DNA of 64,000 bases from Eledone cirrhosa (GCA_964016885.1 OZ024742.1:101618001-101682000); one strand, 5' to 3'; counted from the stretch's first letter, positions 31,829 through 50,190 are shown. A program made the numbers and translations. Notes: a model not told the origin generated them from the sequence alone.

Positions 31829-32343
31829 GGTTTCTTGGTGAGGAGGGTGACTTTGGACATCCTGCAGGACTAAAAACAAAACCTGTCAAAGGGCAAAGGA
31901 GCTCTTAAGAGTCAATGGCCATCCAAAATCACCGGGAGAGATGACCCCTTAGCCTTTGTCAAGGCAGAATTCTAGGAGAAGGAAAACTCTGATATAACAC
32001 CTGCAACCCTGATGGTATCCAATGATGTTGACTTGTTCTTCTTTTTGGTAAATATCATCTTGGTTAAGAGAGTGGGACTGGCTTTGTGCAGTGCCTTTGT
32101 TCACTATAAAAGCTTCACGGCACAGGCATTGCTTTATATCTGGAGATCTCTCTGCACTTGTCGTCACATGGTACCATGAGCCCAGCACTATGTGTCAATT
32201 ATTGTCACAAGTGTAGTGTTTGTACCCGAGTTTTGAAATTCACTGGCTGGACTAGAAAGTCACAATCGTTCAGTGCATCGGTAGGGGTTCTGCTACATGG
32301 ATATAAAGTAGTGGCCGTACTCGAAAACGAGTTGGCAGCCACC

Positions 32344-32344
<1 letters not shown>
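31829..32344. mobile_element. ~610-bp element, copy 2 (partial), fused directly to the R4-like LINE
   Basis: Matches 26053-26567. Junction at ggtacttt|ggtttcttggtgagg. Confidence 0.88.
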
Positions 32345-32375
<31 letters not shown>

Positions 32376-32549
32376 GTATGTATGTGTATATGTATGTATG
32401 TTATCTCTTTTTCTTAATTTCGAATATATTTTTTTGACCGGCCACCTTCCTGGTGGCAAGGTTGTAAAAGAAAAGAAATTGTCATCCCTTGAATCGCAAG
32501 AATGTTTTGCAAATTTTGAAGGTGCCAGCTATCGCAGCCATTTGTAGAC

Positions 32550-32594
<45 letters not shown>

Positions 32595-32600
32595 GTGTAT

Positions 32601-34125
32601 ATCATCATCATTTTCATCATCATTTTACGTCCGCTTTTCCCTGCTTGCAAGGGTGGGACGGGTCTTATTCAGCACAGCATCTCTCCACTCGTCACGGTCC
32701 CTCGTCATCTCCACCGTGAGCTTCAATGATCTGAGGTCTGTTCTCACCACCTCCGCCCATGTTTTTCGTGGTCTACCTCTACCACGTCTTCCTTCAACTG
32801 GCATTTCCTGGCACTTCTTCACCCATCGGTCATCCTCCATGCGCATCACATGTCCGTACCACCTCAGTCTCCTCTCCCGTACACTACATTCTATCCCTCT
32901 CAGACACAGTTTCTCTCTCAACACATTTATGCTGGGTCGTTCACGCACATTTACACTGCACATCCAACGGAGCATGCTTGCCTCATTTCTCTACAGCCGT
33001 CGCATATCTTCTGCGGTAGCTGCCCATGTCTCACTACCATGCAGCATCGCGCTCCTCACACAGGCATCATACAACCGGCCTTTCATACGCAGGGAGAAAC
33101 CCTTCTTCGTCAACAGAGGAAGCAGCTCCCTAAACTTCTTCCAACCCGTCCTTATTCTAGATACTATGGCCTCGGAACACCCTCCTCCCATGCTAATCTG
33201 ATCTCCTAGGTACCGGAAGCTATCCACCACTTCTATAGCGCCCTCTCGCATTTGAAAAGTGTGTCTATCAGTGCGACTTCTACTGTCTAATTTCCCTGTA
33301 CATCTACTGCATACATATTTCTCCCTACCTGTTAGTTTGCCTGCTATCCCGCTACATCTCTTGTGTACCCAGGACCTACATTGTGTGCATTTTATAGAAT
33401 TTATGCCAGTTCCTTTTCTGCATATCGAACATGGCCATTTCCCTGACGGAATCAGGGTTTTGTCCTCTTTTCTACTCATCAACACTTTTGTCTTAGCTAG
33501 ATTTACTCTCAGTCCTCTTGCTTCCAACTGCTGTTTCCATAGCCGGAATTTATTCTCTAGCTCCTCTACTGATTCTGCCATAAGAGCCAGATCGTCAGCA
33601 TAGAGAAGTTCCCATGGACAGCCAGTCTTAAACTCCTCTGTTATGGCTTGGAGGACTATAATGAACAAGAGCGGGCTGAGGACCGAACCCTGATGTACTC
33701 CTACTTGTATCTGGAATTCCTCACTAAACTCCATTCCTACCCTGACTTTACTGAGAGTACCTCTGTACAAAGTTTGCACTGTCCTTACAAGCCATTCCTC
33801 AACACCCAGCTTCCTTAGGGACCACCAGATGACATATCGGGGTACCCTATCAAAGGCCTTCTCTAGGTCAACAAAGGCTAAGTATAGTGGCTTATTCTTC
33901 TCTAAGAACCTCTCTTGCATTTGTCTCACCAAGAAGAGGGCATCTGTTGTACTCTTCCCAGGCACAAAACCAAACTGCATCTCATCTAGTTTGACCCTTT
34001 CTCTAATTAGTTGTGCTAAAATCCTTTCTGCCACTTTCATAACCTGATCTATCAGTTTTATACCCCTATAATTGCTCCTCTCCAAAGCATCCCCTTTACC
34101 TTTGTAGCAATTTATGAGAATACTG
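32601..34125 (-). mobile_element. RTE-clade LINE family A, 5'-truncated copy
   Basis: Nearly identical reverse complement of 18856-20374. Has DLEKAFD and YADD. One stop near 32991. (CAT)n tail on the + strand. Confidence 0.96.
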
Positions 34126-34362
34126 GTGTATATATGTATATATATGTATATGTATGTATATATATGTATGTGGATGTATATATATGTATATGTATGTGTA
34201 TGTATATATATGTATATGTATGTATATGTGTATATATATATGTATATATATATATATGTATATGTATGTATATGTGTATATATATATATATGTGTATATA
34301 TATATATATGTATGTATATATATATGTATGTATATATATATGTATGTATATATATATGTATG

Positions 34363-34393
<31 letters not shown>

Positions 34394-34434
34394 GTATATA
34401 TATATGTCTATATATATATATGTATATATATATG

Positions 34435-34465
<31 letters not shown>

Positions 34466-34602
34466 GTATATATATATATATGTATATATATATGTATATA
34501 TATATATATGTATATATATATGTATATATATATATGTATATATATATGTATATATATATATATGTATATATATATGTATATATATATATGTATATATATA
34601 TG

Positions 34603-34635
<33 letters not shown>

Positions 34636-34636
34636 G

Positions 34637-34667
<31 letters not shown>

Positions 34668-34842
34668 GTATATATATATATGTATATATATATGTATATA
34701 TATATATATGTATATATATATGTATATATATATATATGTATATATATATGTATATATATATGTATATATATATATATGTATATATATATGTTTGTATGTA
34801 TGTATGTATATATATATATATATATGTATGTATATATGTATG

Positions 34843-34873
<31 letters not shown>

Positions 34874-35611
34874 GTATATATATGTATGTATATATATATA
34901 TGTATGTATATATATATGTATGTATATATATATGTATGTATATATATATATATATGTATATATATATGTATATATATATGTATGTATATATGTATGTATA
35001 TATATATGTATGTATATATATATGTATATATATATGTATGTATATATATATGTATATATATATGTATGTATATATATATGTATATATATATGTATGTATA
35101 TATATATGTATATATATATATGTATGTATATATATATATGTATATATATGTATGTATATATATATATATGTATATATATGTATATATGTATATATATATG
35201 TATATATATATGTATGTATGTATGTATGTATATATATATATGTATGTATATATATATGTATATATATATGTATGTATATATGTATGTATATATATATGTA
35301 TATATATATGTATGTATATATATATGTATATATGTATGTATATATATATGTATATATATATGTATGTATATATATATGTATATATATATGTATATATATA
35401 TGTATGTATATATATATGTATATATATATGTATGTATATATATATGTATATATATATGTATGTATATATATATGTATATATATATGTATGTATATATATA
35501 TGTATATATATATGTATGTATATATATATGTATATATATATGTATGTATATATATATGTATGTATATATATATGTATATATATGTATATATGTATATATA
35601 TATGTATGTAT

Positions 35612-35661
<50 letters not shown>

Positions 35662-35678
35662 GTATGTATATATATATG

Positions 35679-35759
<81 letters not shown>

Positions 35760-35766
35760 GTATATG

Positions 35767-35797
<31 letters not shown>

Positions 35798-36110
35798 GTA
35801 TATATATGTATATATATATATGTATATATGTATATATATGTATATATATATATGTATATATATATGTATATATATGTATGTATATATATGTATATATATA
35901 TATGTATATATATGTATATGTATGTATATATATGTATATATATATATGTATATATATGTATATGTATGTATATATATGTATATATATATATATGTATATA
36001 TATGTATATATATGTATATATATATATGTATATATATGTATATATATGTATATATATATATGTATATGTATATATATGTATATATATATATATGTATATG
36101 TATATATATG

Positions 36111-36157
<47 letters not shown>

Positions 36158-36248
36158 GTATATATATATGTATGTATATGTATATATATATATATGTATA
36201 TATATATGTATGTATATATATATGTATATATATATGTATATATATATG

Positions 36249-36367
<119 letters not shown>

Positions 36368-36376
36368 GTATATATG

Positions 36377-36445
<69 letters not shown>

Positions 36446-36478
36446 GTATATATATATATATATATGTATGTATATATG

Positions 36479-36511
<33 letters not shown>

Positions 36512-36512
36512 G

Positions 36513-36543
<31 letters not shown>

Positions 36544-36544
36544 G

Positions 36545-36575
<31 letters not shown>

Positions 36576-36606
36576 GTATATATATATATATATGTATATA
36601 TATATG

Positions 36607-36637
<31 letters not shown>

Positions 36638-36638
36638 G

Positions 36639-36669
<31 letters not shown>

Positions 36670-36692
36670 GTATATATATATGTATATATATG

Positions 36693-36739
<47 letters not shown>

Positions 36740-36750
36740 GTATATATATG

Positions 36751-36807
<57 letters not shown>

Positions 36808-36818
36808 GTATATATATG

Positions 36819-36873
<55 letters not shown>

Positions 36874-36890
36874 GTATGTATATATGTATG

Positions 36891-36921
<31 letters not shown>

Positions 36922-36938
36922 GTATGTATATATGTATG

Positions 36939-36969
<31 letters not shown>

Positions 36970-36974
36970 ATATG

Positions 36975-37015
<41 letters not shown>

Positions 37016-37065
37016 ATATGTATGTATATATGTATATATATATGTATGTATATATGTATATATAG

Positions 37066-37901
37066 AGAGAAAATTGAGGTTGGTAATGGCACATGGAATA
37101 TATAAGAGACAGAATACTTTTTTGTGAAAAAACATAATTTTATAAGGTAAGGAAATAATAAAGGGTATAAAAAATGACCGGTTTCGATGGGTCTGCAAAA
37201 GCCATCTTTTCAAATGTTGATTAATATTAAGAAAAGTTAATAATACGAAGAGTTAAAATTTGAGACTTGAAAATTCAAGTATAAAATTCATTGTGGGATT
37301 TCATAGCAGTTTTCATCTAGGTAGCAACAACAGGTTGACTGCTGTGTCCCTTTCTGGTAGTGAATGAGAAGTTATTTGGGGGTGTGGGTTATTTTATAAA
37401 GGTCAGATTTAGCAATCACCACTGGCCAGCTGCTGGTCAGTGAGGGGGTGGAAGCCATATACATACACATATCTGTGTATGTATATTGCTTCAGATATGT
37501 GTATGTATATTGCTTCCACCCCCTCACTGACCAGCAGCTGGCCAGTTGGTGATTGCTAAATCTGACCTTTATAAAATAACCCACACCCCAAATAACTTCT
37601 CATTCACTACCAGAAAGGGACACAGCAGTCAACCTGTTGTTGCTACCTAGATGAAAACTGCTATGAAATCCCACAATGAATTTTATACTTGAATTTTCAA
37701 GTCTCAAATTTTAACTCTTCGTATTATTAACTTTTCTTAATATTAATCAACATTTGAAAAGATGGCTTTTGCAGACCCATCGAAACCGGTCATTTTTTAT
37801 ACCCTTTATTATTTCCTTACCTTATAAAATTATGTTTTTTCACAAAAAAGTATTCTGTCTCTTATATATTCCATGTGCCATTACCAACCTCAATTTTCTC
37901 T
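37066..37901. repeat. Long near-perfect inverted repeat (~410-bp arms, 16-nt spacer)
   Basis: 37066-37475 is the reverse complement of 37492-37901 with only a few differences. Confidence 0.95.
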
Positions 37902-37955
37902 ATAACCTTCGTTTTGTGTAGAAAATTACACTTTTCATATATATATATATATATC

Positions 37956-37991
<36 letters not shown>

Positions 37992-38060
37992 GTATGTATA
38001 TATGTATATATGTATATATATATGTATGTATATATGTATATATATATGTATGTATATATG

Positions 38061-38227
<167 letters not shown>

Positions 38228-38317
38228 CTATTATATATATATGTATATATATATATGTATATATATATGTATATATATATGTATATATATATGTATATAT
38301 ATATGTATATATATATG

Positions 38318-38430
<113 letters not shown>

Positions 38431-38714
38431 GTATATATATATATGTATATATATATATGTATATATATATATGTATATATATATGTATATATGTATGTAT
38501 GTATATGTATCTATATATATGTATATATATATGTATATATGTATGTATGTATGTATATATATATATGTATATATATATGTATATATGTATGTATGTATAT
38601 ATATATATATATGTATATTATATATATATGTGTATATATATATATGTGTATATATATATATAAGTGTATATATATATATAAGTGTATATATATATATATG
38701 TATATATATATATG

Positions 38715-38829
<115 letters not shown>

Positions 38830-38844
38830 GTATATATATATATG

Positions 38845-38875
<31 letters not shown>

Positions 38876-38989
38876 GTATATATATATATGTATATATATA
38901 TATATGTATATGTATATATATATATGTATATATATGTATGTATGTATATATATATATGTATATGTATATATATGTATTATATATATATG

Positions 38990-39054
<65 letters not shown>

Positions 39055-39264
39055 GTATATATATATGTATATATATATGTATATATATGTGTATATATAT
39101 ATGTATATATATATATATATGTATATGTATATATATATATGTGTATATATATATGTATATGTATATATATATATGTGTATATATATATGTATATATGTAT
39201 ATATATGTATATATATATGTATATATATATGTATATTATATATATATATATGTATATATATATG

Positions 39265-39297
<33 letters not shown>

Positions 39298-39369
39298 GTA
39301 TATATATATGTATATATATTATGTATATATATATGTATATATATGTATATATATATGTATATATATATG

Positions 39370-39402
<33 letters not shown>

Positions 39403-39403
39403 G

Positions 39404-39438
<35 letters not shown>

Positions 39439-39652
39439 GTATATATATATATATGTATATATATATGTATATATATATGTATATATATATGTATATATAT
39501 ATGTATATATATATGTATATATATATGTATGTATATATATATGTATATATATATGTATAAATATATATATGTATATATATATGTATATATATATGTATAT
39601 GTATATGTATATATATATACATATATATACATATATATACATATATATATAC

Positions 39653-39684
<32 letters not shown>

Positions 39685-39821
39685 ATTTATACATATATAT
39701 ATGTATATATATATATGTGTATATATATGTATATATATATGTATATATATATATATGTGTATATATATGTATATATATATGTATATATATATATGTATAT
39801 ATCTATGTATATATATATATG

Positions 39822-39853
<32 letters not shown>

Positions 39854-39876
39854 TGTATATGTATATATATATATGT

Positions 39877-39914
<38 letters not shown>

Positions 39915-39915
39915 G

Positions 39916-39964
<49 letters not shown>

Positions 39965-39987
39965 GTATATATATTTATGTATATATG

Positions 39988-40056
<69 letters not shown>

Positions 40057-40065
40057 GTATATATG

Positions 40066-40096
<31 letters not shown>

Positions 40097-40134
40097 GTAT
40101 ATGTATATATATGTATATATATATATATATGTAT

Positions 40135-40166
<32 letters not shown>

Positions 40167-40218
40167 GTATATATATGTATATATATATATGTATATATAT
40201 GTATATATATATATGTAT

Positions 40219-40250
<32 letters not shown>

Positions 40251-40372
40251 GTATATATGTATATATATATATGTTATATATATATATATGTATATATATA
40301 TATGTATATATGTATATATATATATGTATATATATATATGTATATATATATGTATGTATATATATATGTATG

Positions 40373-40409
<37 letters not shown>

Positions 40410-40410
40410 T

Positions 40411-40470
<60 letters not shown>

Positions 40471-40474
40471 TGTA

Positions 40475-40512
<38 letters not shown>

Positions 40513-40722
40513 GTATATATATGTATATATATATATGTATATATATATATATGTATATATATATGTATATATATATGTATATATATATATGTATATATAT
40601 ATATGTATATATATATATGTATATATTATATATGTATATATATATATATATGTATATATATATGTATATATATATATATGTATATATATATGTATATATA
40701 TATATATATGTATATATATATG

Positions 40723-40753
<31 letters not shown>

Positions 40754-40775
40754 GTATATATATATATATATATGT

Positions 40776-40806
<31 letters not shown>

Positions 40807-40939
40807 GTATATATATATGTATATATGTATATATATATGTATATATATATGTATGTATATGTATGTATGTATATGTATATATGTATATGTATGTATGTAT
40901 ATGTATATATGTATATGTATGTATGTATATGTATATATG

Positions 40940-40970
<31 letters not shown>

Positions 40971-40977
40971 GTATATG

Positions 40978-41028
<51 letters not shown>

Positions 41029-41045
41029 GTATATATATATATATG

Positions 41046-41110
<65 letters not shown>

Positions 41111-41191
41111 TATATATATATGTATATATATATATATGATATATATATGTATATATATATATATGTATATATATGAATATATATATATATG

Positions 41192-41222
<31 letters not shown>

Positions 41223-41297
41223 GTATATATATATATGTATATATATATATATGTATATATATATGTATGTATATATATATGTATGTATATATATATG

Positions 41298-41328
<31 letters not shown>

Positions 41329-41609
41329 GTATATATATATGTATATAATGTATATATATATATGTATATATATATATATGTATATATATATGTATGTATA
41401 TATATATGTATATATATGTATATATATATGTATGTATATATATATGTATATATATGTATATATATATATGTATATATATATATGTATATATATATGTATA
41501 TTATGTATATGTATATATGTATATGTTATATGTATATATATATATGTATATATATATATATGTATATATGTATATATGTATATATATATATATGTATATA
41601 TGTATTATG

Positions 41610-41640
<31 letters not shown>

Positions 41641-41645
41641 GTATG

Positions 41646-41692
<47 letters not shown>

Positions 41693-41796
41693 GTATATAT
41701 ATATTGTTACACTTTGGGAGGGTCATGCTGCCAATAATGTATATATATGTATATATATATATATGTATATATATATATTGTATATGTATATATATG

Positions 41797-41885
<89 letters not shown>

Positions 41886-41902
41886 GTATATGTATATATA
41901 TG

Positions 41903-41977
<75 letters not shown>

Positions 41978-41989
41978 GTATATATATGC

Positions 41990-42063
<74 letters not shown>

Positions 42064-42081
42064 GTATATATATTATATATG

Positions 42082-42148
<67 letters not shown>

Positions 42149-42308
42149 GTATATATGTATATATGTATAATATATATATATATTATATGTATATATATAT
42201 ATATATGTATATATGTATATATATATATATATGTATATATGTATATATGTATAGTATATATATATATGTATATATATATATATGTATATATGTATATATA
42301 TATATGTA

Positions 42309-42360
<52 letters not shown>

Positions 42361-42365
42361 ATATG

Positions 42366-42396
<31 letters not shown>

Positions 42397-42401
42397 GTAT
42401 G

Positions 42402-42450
<49 letters not shown>

Positions 42451-42487
42451 GTATTATATATATATGTATATATTATATATATATATG

Positions 42488-42518
<31 letters not shown>

Positions 42519-42614
42519 GTATATATGTATATATATATGTATATATGTATATATATATATGTATATATATATATATGTATATATATATATAATATATGTA
42601 TATACATATATATG

Positions 42615-42683
<69 letters not shown>

Positions 42684-42743
42684 GTATATATAATATATAT
42701 GTATATATATATGTATATATATATATACGTATATATATATATG

Positions 42744-42774
<31 letters not shown>

Positions 42775-42859
42775 GTATATTATATATATATGTATATATA
42801 TATATATGTATGTATATATATATATATATGTATATATGTATATATATTATATATATATG

Positions 42860-42914
<55 letters not shown>

Positions 42915-42947
42915 TATATGTATATATGTATATATATATATTATATG

Positions 42948-42999
<52 letters not shown>

Positions 43000-43716
43000 A
43001 TATGTATATATATAGTATATGTATATATATATGTATATGTATATGTATATATATATGTATATATATATGTATATGTATATATATAATGTATATGTATATA
43101 TATATTATATGTATATGTATATATATATGTATATGTATATGTATATATATATGTATATGTATATGGATATATATATATATATATGTATATGGATATATAT
43201 ATGTATATGTATATGTATATATATATGTGTAATATGTATATGTATATATATGTATATGTATAATGTATATATATATGTATATATATATGTATATGTATAT
43301 ATATATGTATATATATATGTATATGTATATATATATATATGTATATGTATATGTATATGTATATATATGTATATGTATATATATATATGTATATGTATAT
43401 ATATATATATGTATATGTATATGTATATATATGTAGATAAATCTACCAAAAGTTTATGGTAGTGTCCAATCCGTATGAAGAACTCAATGTAATCCGGATA
43501 TCATGAAAAGAAGAGATGCATTCAAAAATCACTTTTGGTGAAAGATAAACGGAAAACAGAGTCAAGATAAATTATTAAAAAAATAATGAATAAACAAACC
43601 AATTCTAACACATATATGTCCTAGAAACGATCGTAAAATAATGAACTTTTTTTGTTTAATATAAGGAACCGTTTCTTTGTTTATTCATTATTTTTTTAAT
43701 AATTTATGTATATATA

Positions 43717-43763
<47 letters not shown>

Positions 43764-43802
43764 GTATATGTATATATATGTATATATATATGTATATATA
43801 TG

Positions 43803-43883
<81 letters not shown>

Positions 43884-43929
43884 ATATATGTATATATATG
43901 TATATATATATATGTATGTATATATATGT

Positions 43930-44021
<92 letters not shown>

Positions 44022-44054
44022 GTGTATATATATATATGTGTATATATATATATG

Positions 44055-44089
<35 letters not shown>

Positions 44090-44095
44090 GTATAT

Positions 44096-44157
<62 letters not shown>

Positions 44158-44162
44158 GTATG

Positions 44163-44193
<31 letters not shown>

Positions 44194-44252
44194 GTATATA
44201 TATATATATATGTATATATATGTATGTATATATATATGTATATATATATATG

Positions 44253-44415
<163 letters not shown>

Positions 44416-44430
44416 GTATATATGTATATG

Positions 44431-44479
<49 letters not shown>

Positions 44480-44492
44480 GTATATATATATG

Positions 44493-44541
<49 letters not shown>

Positions 44542-44590
44542 GTATATATGTATATGTATATATGTATATATATATATGTATATATATATG

Positions 44591-44627
<37 letters not shown>

Positions 44628-44656
44628 GTATATGTATATATATATATATGTATATG

Positions 44657-44864
<208 letters not shown>

Positions 44865-44907
44865 CATATAATATATAAGATCAAAAGATGGTTAAAGGAG
44901 TTCCATG

Positions 44908-44978
44908 TATTTTATTATGCGCATTTCAAAAACAAACATCATCATGCAATAATATTTGTGTTTTCATCAGATAAAACA
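44908..44978 (-). ncRNA. Minimal type I hammerhead ribozyme (Penelope-type)
   Basis: Minus strand reads TTTTAT-CTGATGA-[AAACACAAATATTATT gcat GATGATGTTTGTTTTT]-GAAA-T-GCGC-A-T-A^ATAAAA. Full core, stems I/II, palindromic mini stem III and an AUA cleavage triplet. Confidence 0.8.
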
Positions 44979-45967
44979 GGAGAACATGATATGAAGGCTA
45001 AAAAACACTTGTGGATAGTGCAGTTTTAAATCAACATATGAAAAGTAGTTTTAGATTGATGTGTGATATTGGGAAAAATATTTTATTTTGAGAGGGGGGT
45101 GGTGAAAAAAGGGGAGGAGATGAGAGTGAAGGTGGAGAGGGAGAGATGGGTGATAGAGAGAAAGAGATAGTTTTTATAACTGAGAAAAGATATATTGTTT
45201 TACATAGAGAGGTTGAGAACCATTGGAAGATAATGTATAAATTAAAAGAATTTGAAAATTAACGAAGGGAAAGAGAGGGAGTTGATATGTATTGATATTA
45301 AAAAGTTTGAAGATAGAGAGAAAAAAAAAGTTTGAAGATAGAGAGAAAAAATAGAGAGAAAAAAAGTTTGAAGATAGAGAGAAAAAATAATAATTGCGGA
45401 TGAATATTCTAACGTCAAAAAGGTGTATGTTTATAAGTATTATGGCAATTTCAAAATTGACGAAGAGAAAAAAATTATTAAGGTTTGTGTGTAGAAGTTA
45501 AAGTTTGTATATTGAAGGAATTGATAATATGTGCGAAGAAAGAGTTAATATGTATTAAAATTATTAAGGTTTGTGTATTAGATGATTTGAGAAAAATAAT
45601 GTGAAGTTAAGGTTTTTATATTGAAGGAATTGATAATTTGTGCGAAGAAAGAGTTAATATGTATTAAGAATGTGTTAGTTGATGGGAAGAAAAAAATATA
45701 TTATTAAGGATGAATATTCTAGCGTCAAAAAGGAGGAGAAGGAGTTAATGTATTGAGATTAAAAAGTTTGATGATGGAGAGAAAAAAAATAATATTAATT
45801 GCGGATGAATATTCTAACGTCAAAAAAATAAATGTATATGTTATGAAGGATTTTACAAGGTGAAGATAGAGTGAGGGTAATGAGTAAACAAGTATTATAG
45901 AGTGTATAATGCCCTTTGAAGTAAGGTAGGAAGATGGGTATATTTTAAAGAAGTGTATGTAATATAC

Positions 45968-46038
<71 letters not shown>

Positions 46039-46039
46039 C

Positions 46040-46138
<99 letters not shown>

Positions 46139-46139
46139 C

Positions 46140-46281
<142 letters not shown>

Positions 46282-46846
46282 ATATATATATGTATATATA
46301 TATATGTATATATATATATGTATATATATATATGTATATATATATATGTATATATATATATGTATATATATAAATATATGTATATATATATATGTATATA
46401 TATATATGTATGTATATATGTATATATATATATATGTATATATATAAATATATGTATATATATATATGTATATATATATATGTATGTATATATGTATATA
46501 TATATATATGTATATATATATATGTATGTATATATGTATATATATATATATGTATATATATATGTATATATGTATATATGTATATGTATATATGTATATA
46601 TATATATATGTATATATATATATGTATATGTATATATGTATATATGTATATATATATGTATATGTATATATGTATATATATATATATGTATATATATATA
46701 TGTATATGTATATATGTATATATGTATATATGTATATATATATGTATATGTATATATGTATATATATATACGTATATATATATGTATATATATATGTATA
46801 TATATATGTATATATATATATGTATATATATATGTATATATATATG

Positions 46847-46895
<49 letters not shown>

Positions 46896-46957
46896 ATATA
46901 TATATGTATATATATATGTATGTATATATATATATGTATATATATATGTATGTATAT

Positions 46958-46989
<32 letters not shown>

Positions 46990-47054
46990 GTATGTATATA
47001 TATATGTGTATATATATATGTATATATATATATGTATATATATATATATGTATG

Positions 47055-47089
<35 letters not shown>

Positions 47090-47094
47090 GTATG

Positions 47095-47172
<78 letters not shown>

Positions 47173-47332
47173 TATAGTATTAGTTATACTATTTATGGTT
47201 ATGTAAACACAAAACCTTAAGCAGTTGTAAGTATTTTACACACACCCTAAATAGTGGTAGGCAATAATGTATTACTACCTTATTACCAGTAAGTTAAGGG
47301 GAGGTCATATAACTGTCCATGCATTAATAAAT

Positions 47333-47379
47333 TGCTCCGAAGAATCCAAACCTCGGTTTGGAGGAAACAGCTGTAAGCA
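47333..47379 (+). ncRNA. Minimal type I hammerhead ribozyme, core variant (U4->C)
   Basis: TGCT-CCGAAGA-[ATCCAAAC ctcg GTTTGGAG]-GAAAC-AGCT-GTA^AGCA. Confidence 0.65.
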
Positions 47380-47464
47380 CAATAATGTTTTGAACAGTTC
47401 TTTGATTCTTATATTTCATATATATATATATATATGTATGTATATATATGTATATATATATATG

Positions 47465-47526
<62 letters not shown>

Positions 47527-47532
47527 TGTATA

Positions 47533-47592
<60 letters not shown>

Positions 47593-47622
47593 TGTATATA
47601 TATGTATATATATATATGTATA

Positions 47623-47674
<52 letters not shown>

Positions 47675-47706
47675 TATATGTATATGTATATATGTATATA
47701 TATATG

Positions 47707-47771
<65 letters not shown>

Positions 47772-47806
47772 GTATATATATATATGTATATATGTATATA
47801 TATATG

Positions 47807-47911
<105 letters not shown>

Positions 47912-48038
47912 GTATATATATATATGTATATATATATATATGTATATATGTATATATATGTATATATGTATATATATATATATATGTATATATGTATATA
48001 TATGTATATATGTATATATATATATATATGTATATATG

Positions 48039-48073
<35 letters not shown>

Positions 48074-48082
48074 GTATATATG

Positions 48083-48115
<33 letters not shown>

Positions 48116-48148
48116 GTATATATATATATGTATATATATATGTATATG

Positions 48149-48247
<99 letters not shown>

Positions 48248-48408
48248 GTATATTATATATATATGTATATATATGTAGATAAATCTACCAAGAGTTTACG
48301 GTAGTGTCCAATCCGTATGAAGAACTCAATGCAATCCGGATATCATGGAAAGAAGAGATGCAATGAAAAATCACTTTCGGTGAAAGATAAACGGAATACA
48401 GAGTCAAG

Positions 48409-48651
48409 ATAAAATATTAAAAAAATAATGAATAAAACAATGAAACAGTTCCTTATATTAAACAAAAAAAGTTCATTATTTAACGATCGTTTCTAGGATA
48501 TATATGTGTTAGAATTGGCATGGATCTGTTGAATATGCATGCCAATTCTAACACATATATATCCTAGAAACGATCGTTAAATGATGAACTTTTTTTGTTT
48601 AATATAAGGAACTGTTTCATTGTTTTATTCATTATTTTTTTAATATTTTAT
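48409..48651. repeat. Inverted repeat, ~114-bp arms with 15-nt spacer, inside an element also present at 43434-43707
   Basis: 48409-48522 is the reverse complement of 48538-48651. Confidence 0.93.
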
Positions 48652-48690
48652 GTATATATATATATATATGTATATATATGTATATATATG

Positions 48691-48729
<39 letters not shown>

Positions 48730-48776
48730 GTATATATATGTATATATATATATATGTATATATATGTATATATATG

Positions 48777-48853
<77 letters not shown>

Positions 48854-48862
48854 GTATATATG

Positions 48863-48919
<57 letters not shown>

Positions 48920-48928
48920 GTATATATG

Positions 48929-48965
<37 letters not shown>

Positions 48966-48972
48966 GTATATA

Positions 48973-49005
<33 letters not shown>

Positions 49006-49193
49006 ATATGTATATATATGTATATATATATATATGTATATATATATCATCATCATCAACGTTTAACGTCCGTGTTCCACGCTTGCATGGGTTTGGACGG
49101 GGGTAGTCCCACTTGAGGCAAGAGTGATTGTCTTGCTCGCATAGGACTGTCTGGCAGGTTTTCTACAGTTGGATGCCTTTCCTAACACCAATG

Positions 49194-49224
<31 letters not shown>

Positions 49225-49235
49225 GTATATATATG

Positions 49236-49286
<51 letters not shown>

Positions 49287-49297
49287 GTATATATATG

Positions 49298-49330
<33 letters not shown>

Positions 49331-49401
49331 GTATATATATGTATATATATATATGTATATATGTATATGTATATATATATATGTATATATATATATATGT
49401 G

Positions 49402-49432
<31 letters not shown>

Positions 49433-49736
49433 GTATATATATGTATATGTATATATATGTATATATATGTATATGTATATATATGTATATGTATATATAT
49501 GTATATGTATATATATGTATATATATGTATATGTATATATATATATATGTATATATATGTATATATATGTATATATGTATATATATATGTATATATATAT
49601 ATATGTATATATATGTATATATATGTATATATGTATATATATATGTATATATATATATATGTATATATATATATGTATATATATATATATGTATATATAT
49701 GTATATATGTATATATATATGTATATATATATATGT

Positions 49737-49789
<53 letters not shown>

Positions 49790-49819
49790 ATATATATGTA
49801 TATATGTATATAATATATG

Positions 49820-49854
<35 letters not shown>

Positions 49855-49976
49855 ATATATATGTATATATATATATATATGTATATGTATATATATGTAT
49901 ATGTATATATATATATATGTATATGTATATATATATATATGTATATGTATATATATATATATGTATATGTATATAT

Positions 49977-50010
<34 letters not shown>

Positions 50011-50015
50011 ATATG

Positions 50016-50062
<47 letters not shown>

Positions 50063-50104
50063 GTATATGTATATATGTATATATATATGTATATGTATAT
50101 ATGT

Positions 50105-50138
<34 letters not shown>

Positions 50139-50143
50139 ATATG

Positions 50144-50190
<47 letters not shown>

